64,000 bases of DNA from an uncultured Verrucomicrobiae bacterium (lineage in GTDB: Bacteria > Verrucomicrobiota > Verrucomicrobiia > Limisphaerales > UBA11358). The stretch's first letter is position 1, and every line of letters starts with the position of its first letter. The translations under genes were made by a program, and so were the position numbers. Positions 35,802 to 45,657 of the stretch are shown here, piece by piece. Where the stretch lies: assembly GCA_963719075.1 (NCBI GenBank), contig CAVRAN010000001.1, forward strand, positions 320,324 through 384,323, written 5' to 3'. The notes under the pieces are model-generated. The model was not told the origin of the DNA, searched no databases, and saw nothing but the letters and a program-made list of their open reading frames with translations.

Positions 35802-36172
35802 GCCGAATTCTGTCTGCGCTCTTGCGAGCGGAGAGAATCATTTGTCTGTGCAGCCGATACCCGGAATCCGTCCGCTTTCGCGGAACTGGAGCGGGCCGCT
35901 CCGGGATTCCCTATTTGGCCTTGCACCCGATGGGGTTTTCCGTGCCGCGTCGCTTGCGCTTCGCGCGGTGCGCTCTTACCGCACCTTTTCACCCTTACCA
36001 CCGGCTTGCGCCGATGGCGGTCTGTTTTCTGTGGCACTCTCCGTCGAAAAGTCTTTCAACTTTCCGCCCGCGTGTATCTCAGCCAAACAAGCCTGAGTTA
36101 CGCGGCATCGCGCCCGATGGTGTTCGGACTTTCCTCCTTCAGCTCACGCCGAAAGCGATTCTCCACCCTTCC
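35789..36172 (-). ncRNA. rnpB: RNase P RNA, bacterial type A
   Basis: The minus strand reads GGAAGGGTGG...GAAGGAGGAAAGTCCGAACACC...GGTAAGGGTGAAAAGGTGCGGTAAGAGCGCACCGCG...ACAGAATTCGGCTTACAGCCCTTCC. The P4 strands and the GGUAAGAGCGCACC block are conserved, and the 5' and 3' ends pair as P1. Confidence 0.93.
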
Positions 36173-36234
36173 AAAACCGGAGAAAACATACCTGTTGGAA
36201 AAAAAAATACAAGCTGCGAGAATCCAAACCCTGA

Positions 36235-36912
36235 ATGACGCAAATGACATTCTTCATCACCGGCACGGACACCGGCGTCGGCAAAACAGTATTGACCGCG
36301 CTGCTCTTAAAATTTTTGCGTGAACGCGTCGTCAATGTCGCCGCGCTCAAGCCGATTTGCTCTGGTAATCGCAACGACGCGCGGAAAATTTTCGCGGCGA
36401 TGAACGGCTCGCTCACGCTCGACGAAATCAATCCCTGGCATTTCCGCGCGCCGATTGCGCCACTGCTGGCCGCGCGTTGTGAAAATAAAAAAGTAAAACT
36501 TTCGCAAGTGCTCACACACGTTCGCGCGTTGCAAAAACGTTTTGATGTTCTGTTGATTGAAGGCGCAGGCGGTTTGCTCAGTCCGCTCGGCGAAAATTTC
36601 AATTCGCGCCATTTGATTGCGGCATTGGACGCAACGCCAATTGTCGTTGGCCAAAATCAGATCGGCGCAGTGAATCAAGTTTTGCTCACGCTCGAAGAGT
36701 TGCCAAAAAAATCCCAAAACAAAGTCCGCGTCGTTTTGATGTCGCCAAGAAAGCCGGATGCTGCGACAAACTCAAATGCAGATTTACTCGCGGAATTTTT
36801 CGACACGAAAAGAATTTTTCAACTGCCGTGGCTTGGCAAAAACGCGAGTGCCATTCAGGCTTTGAAAAATCGGCGCGTGAAACAAACCTTGCGGGCGCTC
36901 GCAAAATTGTGA
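36235..36912 (+). CDS. bioD: dethiobiotin synthase
   Basis: FFITGTDTGVGKTVLTALL (P-loop), LLIEGAGGLLSPLG. Confidence 0.9.
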   Translation: MTQMTFFITGTDTGVGKTVLTALLLKFLRERVVNVAALKPICSGNRNDARKIFAAMNGSLTLDEINPWHFRAPIAPLLAARCENKKVKLSQVLTHVRALQKRFDVLLIEGAGGLLSPLGENFNSRHLIAALDATPIVVGQNQIGAVNQVLLTLEELPKKSQNKVRVVLMSPRKPDAATNSNADLLAEFFDTKRIFQLPWLGKNASAIQALKNRRVKQTLRALAKL

Positions 36913-36913
36913 T

Positions 36914-38905
36914 TCAGTTTTTTGGAAGATTTTCCGGCGGCACGTTGGCGGGTGTTTTGGTGAACGTTTGGCGATAAGGTTGATTTTTTTTATAAAGCTC
37001 CAATCGTTGCTTCATTTCAGCGGCATATTCCTTTTGATTGTAAGCGTTGGCGAGTTTGATGGCGTATTCCCCGGCTTTTTGCGCTTCGCTGAATTGGCCG
37101 ATTTCGGCGTAGGCCATCGCCATGGCGTCGAAAGCCATGGGCTGCGTATCCCGTGTCAAATCATTTGCCTCCGCAGCCATGGCGAGCGCAATCGAGCCGT
37201 TGCGAACTTCTCCGTTTTGATCGGAAGCCAGCACGCGCGCCAGATAAATGAGCATTTCAAAATTTTGGGGGTCGAGGTGCTGCGCCTTGCGGAAACTTGA
37301 AATAGCCTCGGCGTCGCGGCCTTGTTGAAGCAAAGCACGACCCATTTCAAAAATGGGCTTCGGGTTTTTGGGATCAAGTTGCGCGGCTTGCGTGAATTGG
37401 TTTATTGCTTCATCGAGGCGGCCGACTTTGGCCTCTAATATGCCATAATTAAGATGCCCCAATGTATCGCGCGGATCCAAATTCACCGCCTCCTGAAGTT
37501 GAATCAGCGCTTCATGCGATTGCCCCATCTCGCTCAACAGGGCGGCAAGGTCATCGTGCGCCAGTTGAAGCCCCGGTTCAATAAACAGAGCCTCGTGATA
37601 TTCAACAAGCGCCTCGTCGCGCCGGCCTTCCCCTGCGACCGCAATGGCAATGTTGAGATGGGCGGTATAATTATTTTTGGTCACAGCAATGGCATGTTTA
37701 AAAAGTGTTTCGCTGTCACGCCAGTAACTCAATTGACGTTCCGTGAGAATCAAACAACTTGTGAGAATAAAACCCGCAACGATGGCAGGCACGGCAAAAC
37801 CAATTTGAAACCGTGAAATTAAATGTTTGATTCCAAAAGCGATAACGATGAATATGCCAACGGAGGGGATGTAAGTATAGCGATCCGCCATTGCCTGACT
37901 GCCGACCTGCACAAGGCCAATCACCGGAAGCAGTGTTCCCAAAAACCAAAGCCAGCCGACGAATAGATATGGGAACTGCTGTCGTAACCGCCAGACAGAC
38001 CATGAAACCGTTACGAGCGTTGTGATGGATGCGATTGCTGCAACTTGCATCCAAACCGAATTTTCAAGTAACGGATAAATCACAGCCAAATCCACGGGCA
38101 AAAAAATCTTTAACAGATAACGACCGTAGGAAATCAACGCGTTGGCGAAGCGATAGGGCAATGATATTTGGTCGAGACTCGCAACGGCGTCGGCGTTGGG
38201 TTGAGATTGAGCGAGAAATGTCACGATACAGAAAGCCACCGTAAGCAGAAAGAACGGCCATTTTTCAAGGACCAAACGCCACAGGGTCGAAAATCGAAAG
38301 TCTGAAATTCTTTGCAAGGACCAAAAATCCAAAAGCAACATCAAAAACGGCAACGTTACGATCATCGGCTTGGCCAGCAATCCCAGTGCAAACAAGAACA
38401 ACGCCAACCAAAAACTTCCACACCGTTTTTCTTTCACATAACGTGTATAGGCCAAAAGCGACAGCAGCTCGAAGAATGTGCTCAAAACATCCTTGCGTTC
38501 GGAAATCCAGGCGACAGATTCGACATGTAATGGATGCCAGGCAAATAAAGCCGCCACAAATGCGCTCGGCCAAAGCATGCCAGTCATGCGCCACAGCCAC
38601 ACCAAAAGCAGAACAGCATTGGCCGTGTGGAACAAAACATTGACCAAATGATGCATTCCGGCATTCAGCCCGAACAACTGGCAATCCAGCATGTGCGAAA
38701 GCATGGTGAGCGGATGCCAATTACCAGCAACATTGGCTGTGAATGCCCATTTTATTCCGGCCCATGTCAAACCGCTCTGGACCATCTGATTTTGATAAAC
38801 GTATCCTTCATCATCATAATCAATGAAATCGTAATGGGTCACTGGCAAATAAATTGTCAGCGTAATAAGCGCGAGCAGCAGGGCAATGATTCGCGGGCGA
38901 GCCAT
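36914..38905 (-). CDS. polytopic membrane protein with C-terminal TPR repeats (PMT/TMTC-like glycosyltransferase family)
   Basis: The N-terminus YDFIDYDDEGYVYQNQMVQSGLTW...NWHPLTMLSHMLD is typical of TMTC/DUF1736-type proteins. It has about 10 TM helices followed by multiple TPR units. Confidence 0.75.
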   Translation of the reverse strand: MARPRIIALLLALITLTIYLPVTHYDFIDYDDEGYVYQNQMVQSGLTWAGIKWAFTANVAGNWHPLTMLSHMLDCQLFGLNAGMHHLVNVLFHTANAVLLLVWLWRMTGMLWPSAFVAALFAWHPLHVESVAWISERKDVLSTFFELLSLLAYTRYVKEKRCGSFWLALFLFALGLLAKPMIVTLPFLMLLLDFWSLQRISDFRFSTLWRLVLEKWPFFLLTVAFCIVTFLAQSQPNADAVASLDQISLPYRFANALISYGRYLLKIFLPVDLAVIYPLLENSVWMQVAAIASITTLVTVSWSVWRLRQQFPYLFVGWLWFLGTLLPVIGLVQVGSQAMADRYTYIPSVGIFIVIAFGIKHLISRFQIGFAVPAIVAGFILTSCLILTERQLSYWRDSETLFKHAIAVTKNNYTAHLNIAIAVAGEGRRDEALVEYHEALFIEPGLQLAHDDLAALLSEMGQSHEALIQLQEAVNLDPRDTLGHLNYGILEAKVGRLDEAINQFTQAAQLDPKNPKPIFEMGRALLQQGRDAEAISSFRKAQHLDPQNFEMLIYLARVLASDQNGEVRNGSIALAMAAEANDLTRDTQPMAFDAMAMAYAEIGQFSEAQKAGEYAIKLANAYNQKEYAAEMKQRLELYKKNQPYRQTFTKTPANVPPENLPKN

Positions 38906-39070
38906 TGCCTTCTTTTAAGCGATTTTTCACGCGTGGCCAAGAACAGAGAATTTTTTAAAAAAGCGTTGCAATTTTTGCACGGAAGGTTAGAAATTTGTGT
39001 GGCAGGAAAGTTCTCGACCTTCTGCCGCTTGGACGCTACATCGGTTCCTCACGACCAAGTTTAGTCGTTT

Positions 39071-39796
39071 ATGAGTGGATTATCGTTTACTGTCGTGGGG
39101 GCCGCTTCAAATCAGGCGGAGCTCATCTACGTTTGGACACAGGCGACGCCGGAAGCCAAGGCGATCATCGCCTGCCTCTTTTTCTTTTCCATCATCGCGT
39201 GGTCAACGATGTTTTACAAGGCTGCGCAAATGCGTCGCGCAAAAAAATTGAACCTGTATTTCTCCGCCGAATTCCACGCGCAAAAATCGGCGCTGGAAAT
39301 TTTTGACCGCAAACTCCAGGTCGTCGGCTGCCCGCTTTACGAAGTCTATCAAACCGGCTGCGTGCAACTGGACGCGCGGCTGCGCGGACCGAGCGGCGAA
39401 CGTCGGAAGCAGCACGTCACGCTTAAAAATATGGAGCACGTCAAGCGTGCCATTGAAAACGTCGTCGCGCAGGAATCGTTGAAACTTGAATCGGGTTTGA
39501 TCTTGCTGGCGATCGCCGTCAGCGGCGCGCCGTTTCTCGGATTGCTCGGCACGGTCTGGGGCGTGATGAGCACTTTCGCCGGCATCGCGCAACAAGGCAG
39601 CGCGACGATGGCGGCGATGGCACCTGGCGTATCCGCCGCGCTCATCACGACGGTCGCCGGACTGCTCGTGGCGATTCCTTCGATGTTCGGCTACAATTGG
39701 CTCGTACATAATTTGCGGGTGTTCACCGTTAACCTCGATAATTTTGCGCAGGAACTTGTTTCTAAAATGGAAGCGGAGTTTTTGGCGGACGAATGA
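39071..39796 (+). CDS. tolQ: MotA/TolQ/ExbB proton channel protein (TolQ by context)
   Basis: LAIAVSGAPFLGLLGTVWGVMSTF...GVSAALITTVAGLLVAIP. It is the first gene of the tolQRAB-pal cluster. Confidence 0.88.
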   Translation: MSGLSFTVVGAASNQAELIYVWTQATPEAKAIIACLFFFSIIAWSTMFYKAAQMRRAKKLNLYFSAEFHAQKSALEIFDRKLQVVGCPLYEVYQTGCVQLDARLRGPSGERRKQHVTLKNMEHVKRAIENVVAQESLKLESGLILLAIAVSGAPFLGLLGTVWGVMSTFAGIAQQGSATMAAMAPGVSAALITTVAGLLVAIPSMFGYNWLVHNLRVFTVNLDNFAQELVSKMEAEFLADE

Positions 39797-39805
39797 TTTT
39801 TCGGC

Positions 39806-40219
39806 ATGAGACGATTTTCACAACGCAGTTACCTTGTAACGTTGAGCGAAATCAACATCACACCGTTGCTCGACCTTGCGTTTGTGCTGCTCATCATCTT
39901 CGTCATCACCACGCCGTTGCTGGAGCAGAGCATTGATTTGAAACTGCCGCGTGGCGGCCAAGCCGAGAAGAGAATTGAAAAACGCGACATTGCCACCGTT
40001 GAAATTTCCAACACCGGTGTTTACGCGCTGGACAAACAACGGCTGTCACTGCCGCAGTTGATTGCGAAGCTGGCAGGCGAGTTTCGCTCGAATCCCAACC
40101 TGGTTGTCTATATCCGCGCGGACAAGGAAAGTCGTTATGATTTGGTTGCGCAAGTGATTGACGGCTGCCAGCGCAACGGCATCACGCGCTATTCACTCCG
40201 TACCGACCCGACAAAATGA
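39806..40219 (+). CDS. tolR: ExbD/TolR biopolymer transport protein
   Basis: EINITPLLDLAFVLLIIFVITTP...VYIRADKESRYDLVAQVID. Confidence 0.88.
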   Translation: MRRFSQRSYLVTLSEINITPLLDLAFVLLIIFVITTPLLEQSIDLKLPRGGQAEKRIEKRDIATVEISNTGVYALDKQRLSLPQLIAKLAGEFRSNPNLVVYIRADKESRYDLVAQVIDGCQRNGITRYSLRTDPTK

Positions 40220-41013
40220 ACCGGCTGCAAAAAAAATGTTTCATCGCGACGGCAGGTTTTCACCTGTTGCTGCTGGTGATTTTGCTGGTCGGTCCGGCGT
40301 TTTTTAATTCGAAACCAAAAGTCGACGATTCACAAGTGCTCAATGTCATCCCGGCCAATTTGATTGACGCAGCGTTCAACAGCGGCGTGCGCAATGCCCA
40401 GCCGCCCGCGCCAACTCCAATTATCGCTCCGTCGGCACCAAAAGCAGTCGTGTCACCGCCGACGTTCATGCAATCACTGGAAAAAATTTTTAAACCTGAA
40501 CCGGCCAAGCAAGTGCCGGACACAACCGTCGGCCAGCAACACAAAATTCAGGTTAACACGCAACTTGTGACGCGAACTGTCTCAAAAAATTCTGCCAGTC
40601 ATTCACAAAATGACGACTCGCAACAGTTGCGGGAGCGCGCACTTCAAAATGCCATCCAGAATTTAAAAAATAATTTCACGTCGGCGACGACTGTTGACAT
40701 GCCCGGCGACAGCAGCGTGGCTTACGCGAACTACGCGTCCGTCGTCAAAAGTATTTATGAACAAGCCTGGATGCCGCCGGACAACACCGCCAGCGACAAT
40801 GCAAACGCAAAAGTTACTGTCACGATTGCGAGCGACGGCACGGTGATTTCCGCGCAAGTCATTTCGTCGTCGGGCGATGACAGCGTGGATTCGTCCGTGC
40901 AACGGACTTTGGATCGGGTTACATTTATTGCGCCGTTTCCGGAAGGCACGACGGACAAGCAGCGCACTTACACCATCAATTTTAATCTCAAAGCTAAACG
41001 GATGCTTGAATGA
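40216..41013 (+). CDS. tolA: TolA-like protein with TonB-type C-terminal domain
   Basis: N-terminal TM, a Pro/Ala-rich linker, and the C-terminal domain YASVVKSIYEQAW.P......A.V.V.IA.DG.VISA.V..SSGD...D.SV. Confidence 0.7.
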   Translation: MNRLQKKCFIATAGFHLLLLVILLVGPAFFNSKPKVDDSQVLNVIPANLIDAAFNSGVRNAQPPAPTPIIAPSAPKAVVSPPTFMQSLEKIFKPEPAKQVPDTTVGQQHKIQVNTQLVTRTVSKNSASHSQNDDSQQLRERALQNAIQNLKNNFTSATTVDMPGDSSVAYANYASVVKSIYEQAWMPPDNTASDNANAKVTVTIASDGTVISAQVISSSGDDSVDSSVQRTLDRVTFIAPFPEGTTDKQRTYTINFNLKAKRMLE

Positions 41014-42179
41014 AAAATAATAATCTCCACCTTTTGAAAATTTATTTGCCGATTTTTCTTGTAGTAATCGCCGCCGATTTTGCGCGCGGCCAGAATGAAA
41101 TAAACATTGAGCAAAACATCACCGTCATGGGACTGATGAAACCGGTTCCCGTTGCACTCGACGGTTTCAGCGGTGAAGTTGCAAGCGTTCTGAAATTTGA
41201 TCTTTACGTTCAAGGTTTTAGTTTTGTCAGCGACGACGCGGCGCAATACATCATCAGCGGAAGCAATTCCGATCGTGTTCAAGGCCGCGTGATCGATCGT
41301 TTTGCCAAAAGCACAATTCTTTCGCGCAGCTACATCGGCGCAAATTTGCGTCGGCAAGCTCATGCGTTTGCCGACGACATCGTTTTAGCCATTACGGGAA
41401 AAAAGGGAATTGCCCAGACGAAAATTGCGTTCAAGGCGCGGAGCGAGATTTATGTCGCTGATTTTGACGGCCACAATTATCAGGCCGTTACGCATGACAG
41501 CGCCATAGTCGCTGCGCCCGCGTGGGCACCAGACAAGCTCGCGCTTTATTACACGTCCTACAAGCTCGGCAATCCGGACATTTTCTATCACGATCTCCGT
41601 ACCGGCCAGCGCCAACTTATCGCGGGTTATTCCGGCTTGAACACAAGCGCGGCGGTTTCGCCGGATGGCCTGAAGGTGGCGATGATTTTGAGCAAAGACG
41701 GCAGTCCAAACGTTTATGTTTGCAATGCCGACGGTTCGGATTTGAAACGTTTGACGACGACGAGTGAGGATTCCTCGCCTTGCTGGTCACCAGACGGCCA
41801 ATGGATTTGTTTCGCGACAAAAATCAATGAACGGCGCATATTGGCCAAAGTATCCGCAAGCGGCGGAGAGGTTCAGCGCATTTCGACTGCCGGCGTTTCA
41901 AATCCCACCGAGCCGGATTGGTCGCGGGATGGCAAATGGATTGCCTTCACGTCGCAGATGGGCGAGTTTGACATTTGCGTCGTGCCCGCCGACGGCGGCG
42001 ACGCAATGACATTGGTGCGCGGCGAAAACCCGTCGTGGTCGCCGAATTCGCGGACGCTGATTTTCACCCGTGAAACGAACTATCAACATGCACTATCTGT
42101 GCTTGACGCGCCGACAAAACAAGTCAAGGATATTCCCCGAATTTTGGAAAATGATTCGCAACCGGCATGGGCAAAATAA
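41010..42179 (+). CDS. tolB: TolB-like periplasmic beta-propeller protein
   Basis: Repeated PAWAPDKLALYYTS / SPDGLKVAM / WSPDGQWICF / WSRDGKWIAFTS / PSWSPNSRTLIF blades. Confidence 0.88.
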   Translation: MKNNNLHLLKIYLPIFLVVIAADFARGQNEINIEQNITVMGLMKPVPVALDGFSGEVASVLKFDLYVQGFSFVSDDAAQYIISGSNSDRVQGRVIDRFAKSTILSRSYIGANLRRQAHAFADDIVLAITGKKGIAQTKIAFKARSEIYVADFDGHNYQAVTHDSAIVAAPAWAPDKLALYYTSYKLGNPDIFYHDLRTGQRQLIAGYSGLNTSAAVSPDGLKVAMILSKDGSPNVYVCNADGSDLKRLTTTSEDSSPCWSPDGQWICFATKINERRILAKVSASGGEVQRISTAGVSNPTEPDWSRDGKWIAFTSQMGEFDICVVPADGGDAMTLVRGENPSWSPNSRTLIFTRETNYQHALSVLDAPTKQVKDIPRILENDSQPAWAK

Positions 42180-42208
42180 ATTTTACAAATTTTAACAAAC
42201 GAAAAATT

Positions 42209-42805
42209 ATGAAAACGACAAAATGGATTTACACACTGGCCTTCGCACTGGCCGTCATACTCGCTGCAACTGGATGCCACACCCACAAACCCGTCGGCGT
42301 CACACAACTGCCTGGCGAATCCGCGCCTACAGTTCCAGATCAAACCAGTCAAAACACGCTGCCGCCCGGAAACCAATTGTCACAGTCAGAGCAAGTTCAA
42401 CCCGGCAGCCTGGCAACAGAAAATCTGGCTGAATTTGAAGGCATGATTGAAGACACGAACGCGCTGGCTGCCAACACGATTTATTTCCCGTTCGACAGCT
42501 CGGTGATTCGGAAAAGTGAAAAATCGAATCTTCAGGCTGTTGCCACTGGGTTGGGTGCTGACACAAATTTGAAACTGCTCATCGAAGGTAATTGCGATGA
42601 GCGCGGCACGGAGGAATATAATCGCGCCCTCGGCGAACGGCGCGCGCTGGCGGCACGCGAAGCGCTGGCCAAACTGGGCGTTGACCCGTCGCGCGTCCGC
42701 ACCATCAGCTATGGCGAGGACCGTCCGGTTGATCCCGGCCACGATGAATCCGCGTGGCAGAAAAATCGCCGGGACGATTTCGTGCTGTTGCATCCGAAGA
42801 TGTGA
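42209..42805 (+). CDS. pal: peptidoglycan-associated lipoprotein (OmpA family)
   Basis: Lipobox LAATGC, then IYFPFDSSVI...LLIEGNCDERGTEEYNRALGERRA...RTISYGEDRP. Confidence 0.9.
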   Translation: MKTTKWIYTLAFALAVILAATGCHTHKPVGVTQLPGESAPTVPDQTSQNTLPPGNQLSQSEQVQPGSLATENLAEFEGMIEDTNALAANTIYFPFDSSVIRKSEKSNLQAVATGLGADTNLKLLIEGNCDERGTEEYNRALGERRALAAREALAKLGVDPSRVRTISYGEDRPVDPGHDESAWQKNRRDDFVLLHPKM

Positions 42806-42832
42806 TTGCCGGATTTGCGACCCAAACCCGAG

Positions 42833-42862
42833 AGGCCGCGCGCGTTCGCGGCCTTCTTTTTT
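42833..42862 (+). terminator. Rho-independent terminator after pal
   Basis: AGGCCGCG-CGCGTT-CGCGGCCT followed by TCTTTTTT. Confidence 0.85.
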
Positions 42863-42917
42863 GGCGCTTTACTAATAAAGCGTGCGGGTTTATGATTGAG
42901 AGGCTAGGTAAAATATT

Positions 42918-43184
42918 ATGAATGTCATGTTTGCATGGGGCATAGGCGCCACAGAAATTATAATTATTGTTGCCGCAGTTTTGATTTTGTTTGGCGCGAA
43001 AAGAATTCCCGAATTCATGAAGGGACTGGGCACTGGCGTCAAGGAATTCAAAAAGGCGACGCGCGAAGTCACCGAAGAAATTCATAATGCGGCGGAAGAA
43101 AAGCCGGCGCAAAAATCGGTGACGAACGGCCAGTCGCAGCCCGCGCAAACCATCTCGCAATCTTCCAATCCGCCGAAGGCTTGA
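42918..43184 (+). CDS. tatA: twin-arginine translocase TatA/E family protein
   Basis: [40 protein letters not shown]. Confidence 0.92.
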   Translation: MNVMFAWGIGATEIIIIVAAVLILFGAKRIPEFMKGLGTGVKEFKKATREVTEEIHNAAEEKPAQKSVTNGQSQPAQTISQSSNPPKA

Positions 43185-43199
43185 GCCTCGGCTTCTCGC

Positions 43200-44198
43200 A
43201 TGGCGGGCGATCAAGAACCGGAACGCCTCGATGAAACGCCCGAAGGCGGCCCGGTAAAAACCTTTCTTGAACACCTCGAAGATTTCCGCTGGGTGCTTAT
43301 CAAGAGCCTCGTCGCGCTCGCCATTGCCATGCTGTTGTGCCTTACCGCCGGAAATCACGTTGTCAAAATCATCAAATGGCCACTGACGCGCGCCCGGGTT
43401 CATTACGCCGGCACCAATCAAATTGCCGTCGTCAGCTACGGCACAAATCGTCTCGGCAATTTCCATCTCACGCCGGAACAGCAACAATCGCTGAACCTTG
43501 GCACGAACCGTTTTGTCGCCGTTCAAATCGAACCGCTCAAGCTCGGCACAAATCAAGTGCTCGGCTGGCGGGTGGATTCGGACGCAAAGGCGATTGACGA
43601 GGCGCAACGACTGCACATTGATTTAATCAACCTGAGTCCGGCAGGCGGATTTTTCGTCGCCTTTCAAGTCGCGTTTTACGGCGGCATGGTTCTGGCCGCG
43701 CCGTTCATTTTTTATTTCGTTGCATCATTCGTTTTTCCAGCGTTGAAAATGCACGAGCAAAAATACGTTTATCGCGGACTGATTTTCGGTGGCGGACTTT
43801 TTCTTCTCGGTATTTCGTTTTGTTATTTCATTTTGATGCCCGTCGCGCTGGCCGCGTCGCAAATGTATTCGAACTGGCTCGGCTTCGGCGCGCTGCAATG
43901 GCGCGCGGAGGATTACATCAGTTTCGTCTGCAAATTCATGCTCGGCATGGGACTGGGCTTCGAATTGCCCGTTGTGATTCTCACGCTGGTGAAAATCGGC
44001 GTGCTTGACTATCACATGCTCTCGAAAGCGCGCCGTTACATGATTATCATCAATCTGATTCTTGGTGCGGTGCTCACGACGCCCGAAGTCATTACGCAGC
44101 TCGTCATGTTTGTGCCGCTGCAGTTGCTTTATGAACTGACGGTTTGGATTGCGTGGTATTGGGATCGGCAGGAGAAGAAACGCGCACGCGCGTTGTAA
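43200..44198 (+). CDS. tatC: twin-arginine translocase subunit TatC (with enlarged first periplasmic loop)
   Basis: FLEHLEDFRWVLIKSL..., SPAGGFF, LILGAVLTTPEVITQL, typical TatC motifs. 332 aa. Confidence 0.9.
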   Translation: MAGDQEPERLDETPEGGPVKTFLEHLEDFRWVLIKSLVALAIAMLLCLTAGNHVVKIIKWPLTRARVHYAGTNQIAVVSYGTNRLGNFHLTPEQQQSLNLGTNRFVAVQIEPLKLGTNQVLGWRVDSDAKAIDEAQRLHIDLINLSPAGGFFVAFQVAFYGGMVLAAPFIFYFVASFVFPALKMHEQKYVYRGLIFGGGLFLLGISFCYFILMPVALAASQMYSNWLGFGALQWRAEDYISFVCKFMLGMGLGFELPVVILTLVKIGVLDYHMLSKARRYMIIINLILGAVLTTPEVITQLVMFVPLQLLYELTVWIAWYWDRQEKKRARAL

Positions 44199-44255
44199 AA
44201 CTACTTTACAACCGGTCAAATGCGCGTAAGCTTCGATTGTCAACTTTAAGAACGT

Positions 44256-44699
44256 ATGCGTAAAACGATATCTCTTCTGGGCGTGGCATTGCTCGCGGGT
44301 TTGCTCGTTTCCGGTTGCGCCGGGCCGGAACAAAAATTTGGGCGCGGGCTGAATAACACTTTCGAAGTCGTCCGCATGGGCGAACTCCGCCGCTCCGTTG
44401 AGCAGACCGCCATTTTTGATTCTCCAGACGCCGCTTATACCACTGGTTTCATTGTCGGTCTTGACCGCTCGCTCGTTCGCGCCGGAGCCGGCATTTATGA
44501 CATCGTTACATTCCCGATTCCGCCTTATGATCAGCCGCCGTTGCCGCGCTATCTTGCACCCGAACCCGTTTATCCCGACAATTACAAACCCGGCGTGGTG
44601 TCAGACCCGATGTTTGACACCGACACTTACATCGGATTCAGTGGCGGCGACATCGCGCCGTTTATTCCCGGCAGCCGCTTTAATATTTTCGACAATTGA
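44256..44699 (+). CDS. lipoprotein resembling the TIGR04073 exosortase-associated family
   Basis: Lipobox LVSGC, then KFGRGLNNTFEVV...RAGAGIYDIVTFPIPP, a pattern recalled for TIGR04073. Confidence 0.55.
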   Translation: MRKTISLLGVALLAGLLVSGCAGPEQKFGRGLNNTFEVVRMGELRRSVEQTAIFDSPDAAYTTGFIVGLDRSLVRAGAGIYDIVTFPIPPYDQPPLPRYLAPEPVYPDNYKPGVVSDPMFDTDTYIGFSGGDIAPFIPGSRFNIFDN

Positions 44700-44723
44700 A
44701 CTGCCGGCGAAATTTTTCTTTGC

Positions 44724-44760
44724 ACGCGCCAATGAATTCCTGTTGGCGCGTTTTCGTTTT
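44724..44760 (+). terminator. Rho-independent terminator
   Basis: ACGCGCCAA, a 10-nt loop, TTGGCGCGT, followed by TTTCGTTTT. Confidence 0.8.
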
Positions 44761-44765
44761 GTAAA

Positions 44766-45656
44766 ATGCGGATGCGCCTCGAAAAAAAATCGCACTGCAA
44801 AGTCAATCTACTGCTGAACATTCTCGGCAAACGTGATGACGGCTTCCACGAACTGGAAACTGTCATGCAGCCAATCAATCTCTGCGACGAATTGAATTTC
44901 AAACCCGGCGGAAACGCCGTTCAACTTTCCTGCGACAATGCAAATTTACCAGTCGATTCGCGCAACCTTGTCCACCGCGCAGCGTCCACATTTTTGGAGG
45001 CGGCAAAAATTCGCGGCGGCGTGCAAATTCATTTGAAGAAAAAAATCCCACTTGCCGCCGGACTCGGCGGCGGCAGCGGCAACGCGGCAACGACGCTGCT
45101 CGCATTAAACGAGCTTTTCGGCCAGCCAATTTCAAACGCAAACCTGCAACAGCTTGCCGCGGCGCTCGGCTCGGACATTCCATTTTTTCTTCAAGACCAA
45201 CCGGCGCTCGCGACCGGCCGCGGCGAAAAAATTCAGCCACTCGGTTTTTTCCCGGTGTTCCGCGACAAGGTGTTTTTGCTTATTCATCCGGGATTCGGAA
45301 TTTCAACACCATGGGTTTATCAAAACCTCGCCCGTTTCCCGGCGGCATTGAACGGCCAGCCGGACCGCGCTCGAAAACTCATTTCACTTTTACAAACCTC
45401 CGATCTGAAAACTTCCGCCAGCGAATTTTACAATTCTCTCGAAATGCCCGCGTTTGAAAAATATCCGGTGCTGGCGCTGTTTCAGGAATTTCTGCGCGCA
45501 AACGGCGCGTTAGCCACGCACATGTCAGGCAGCGGTTCGACAACGTTTGCCATTGCGGAAAATGTAAATGCCGCTGAAGCTCTCGCTGAGAAATTCAAAT
45601 CGAAATTCGGACAAAATTATTGGATAGCCATCGTGTCCCTGGCGAAATTTCCATAA
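44766..45656 (+). CDS. ispE: 4-diphosphocytidyl-2-C-methyl-D-erythritol kinase
   Basis: KVNLLLNILGKRDDGFHELETVM...KKIPLAAGLGGGSGNAATTLLALN...MSGSGST. Confidence 0.93.
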   Translation: MRMRLEKKSHCKVNLLLNILGKRDDGFHELETVMQPINLCDELNFKPGGNAVQLSCDNANLPVDSRNLVHRAASTFLEAAKIRGGVQIHLKKKIPLAAGLGGGSGNAATTLLALNELFGQPISNANLQQLAAALGSDIPFFLQDQPALATGRGEKIQPLGFFPVFRDKVFLLIHPGFGISTPWVYQNLARFPAALNGQPDRARKLISLLQTSDLKTSASEFYNSLEMPAFEKYPVLALFQEFLRANGALATHMSGSGSTTFAIAENVNAAEALAEKFKSKFGQNYWIAIVSLAKFP

Positions 45657-45657
45657 A

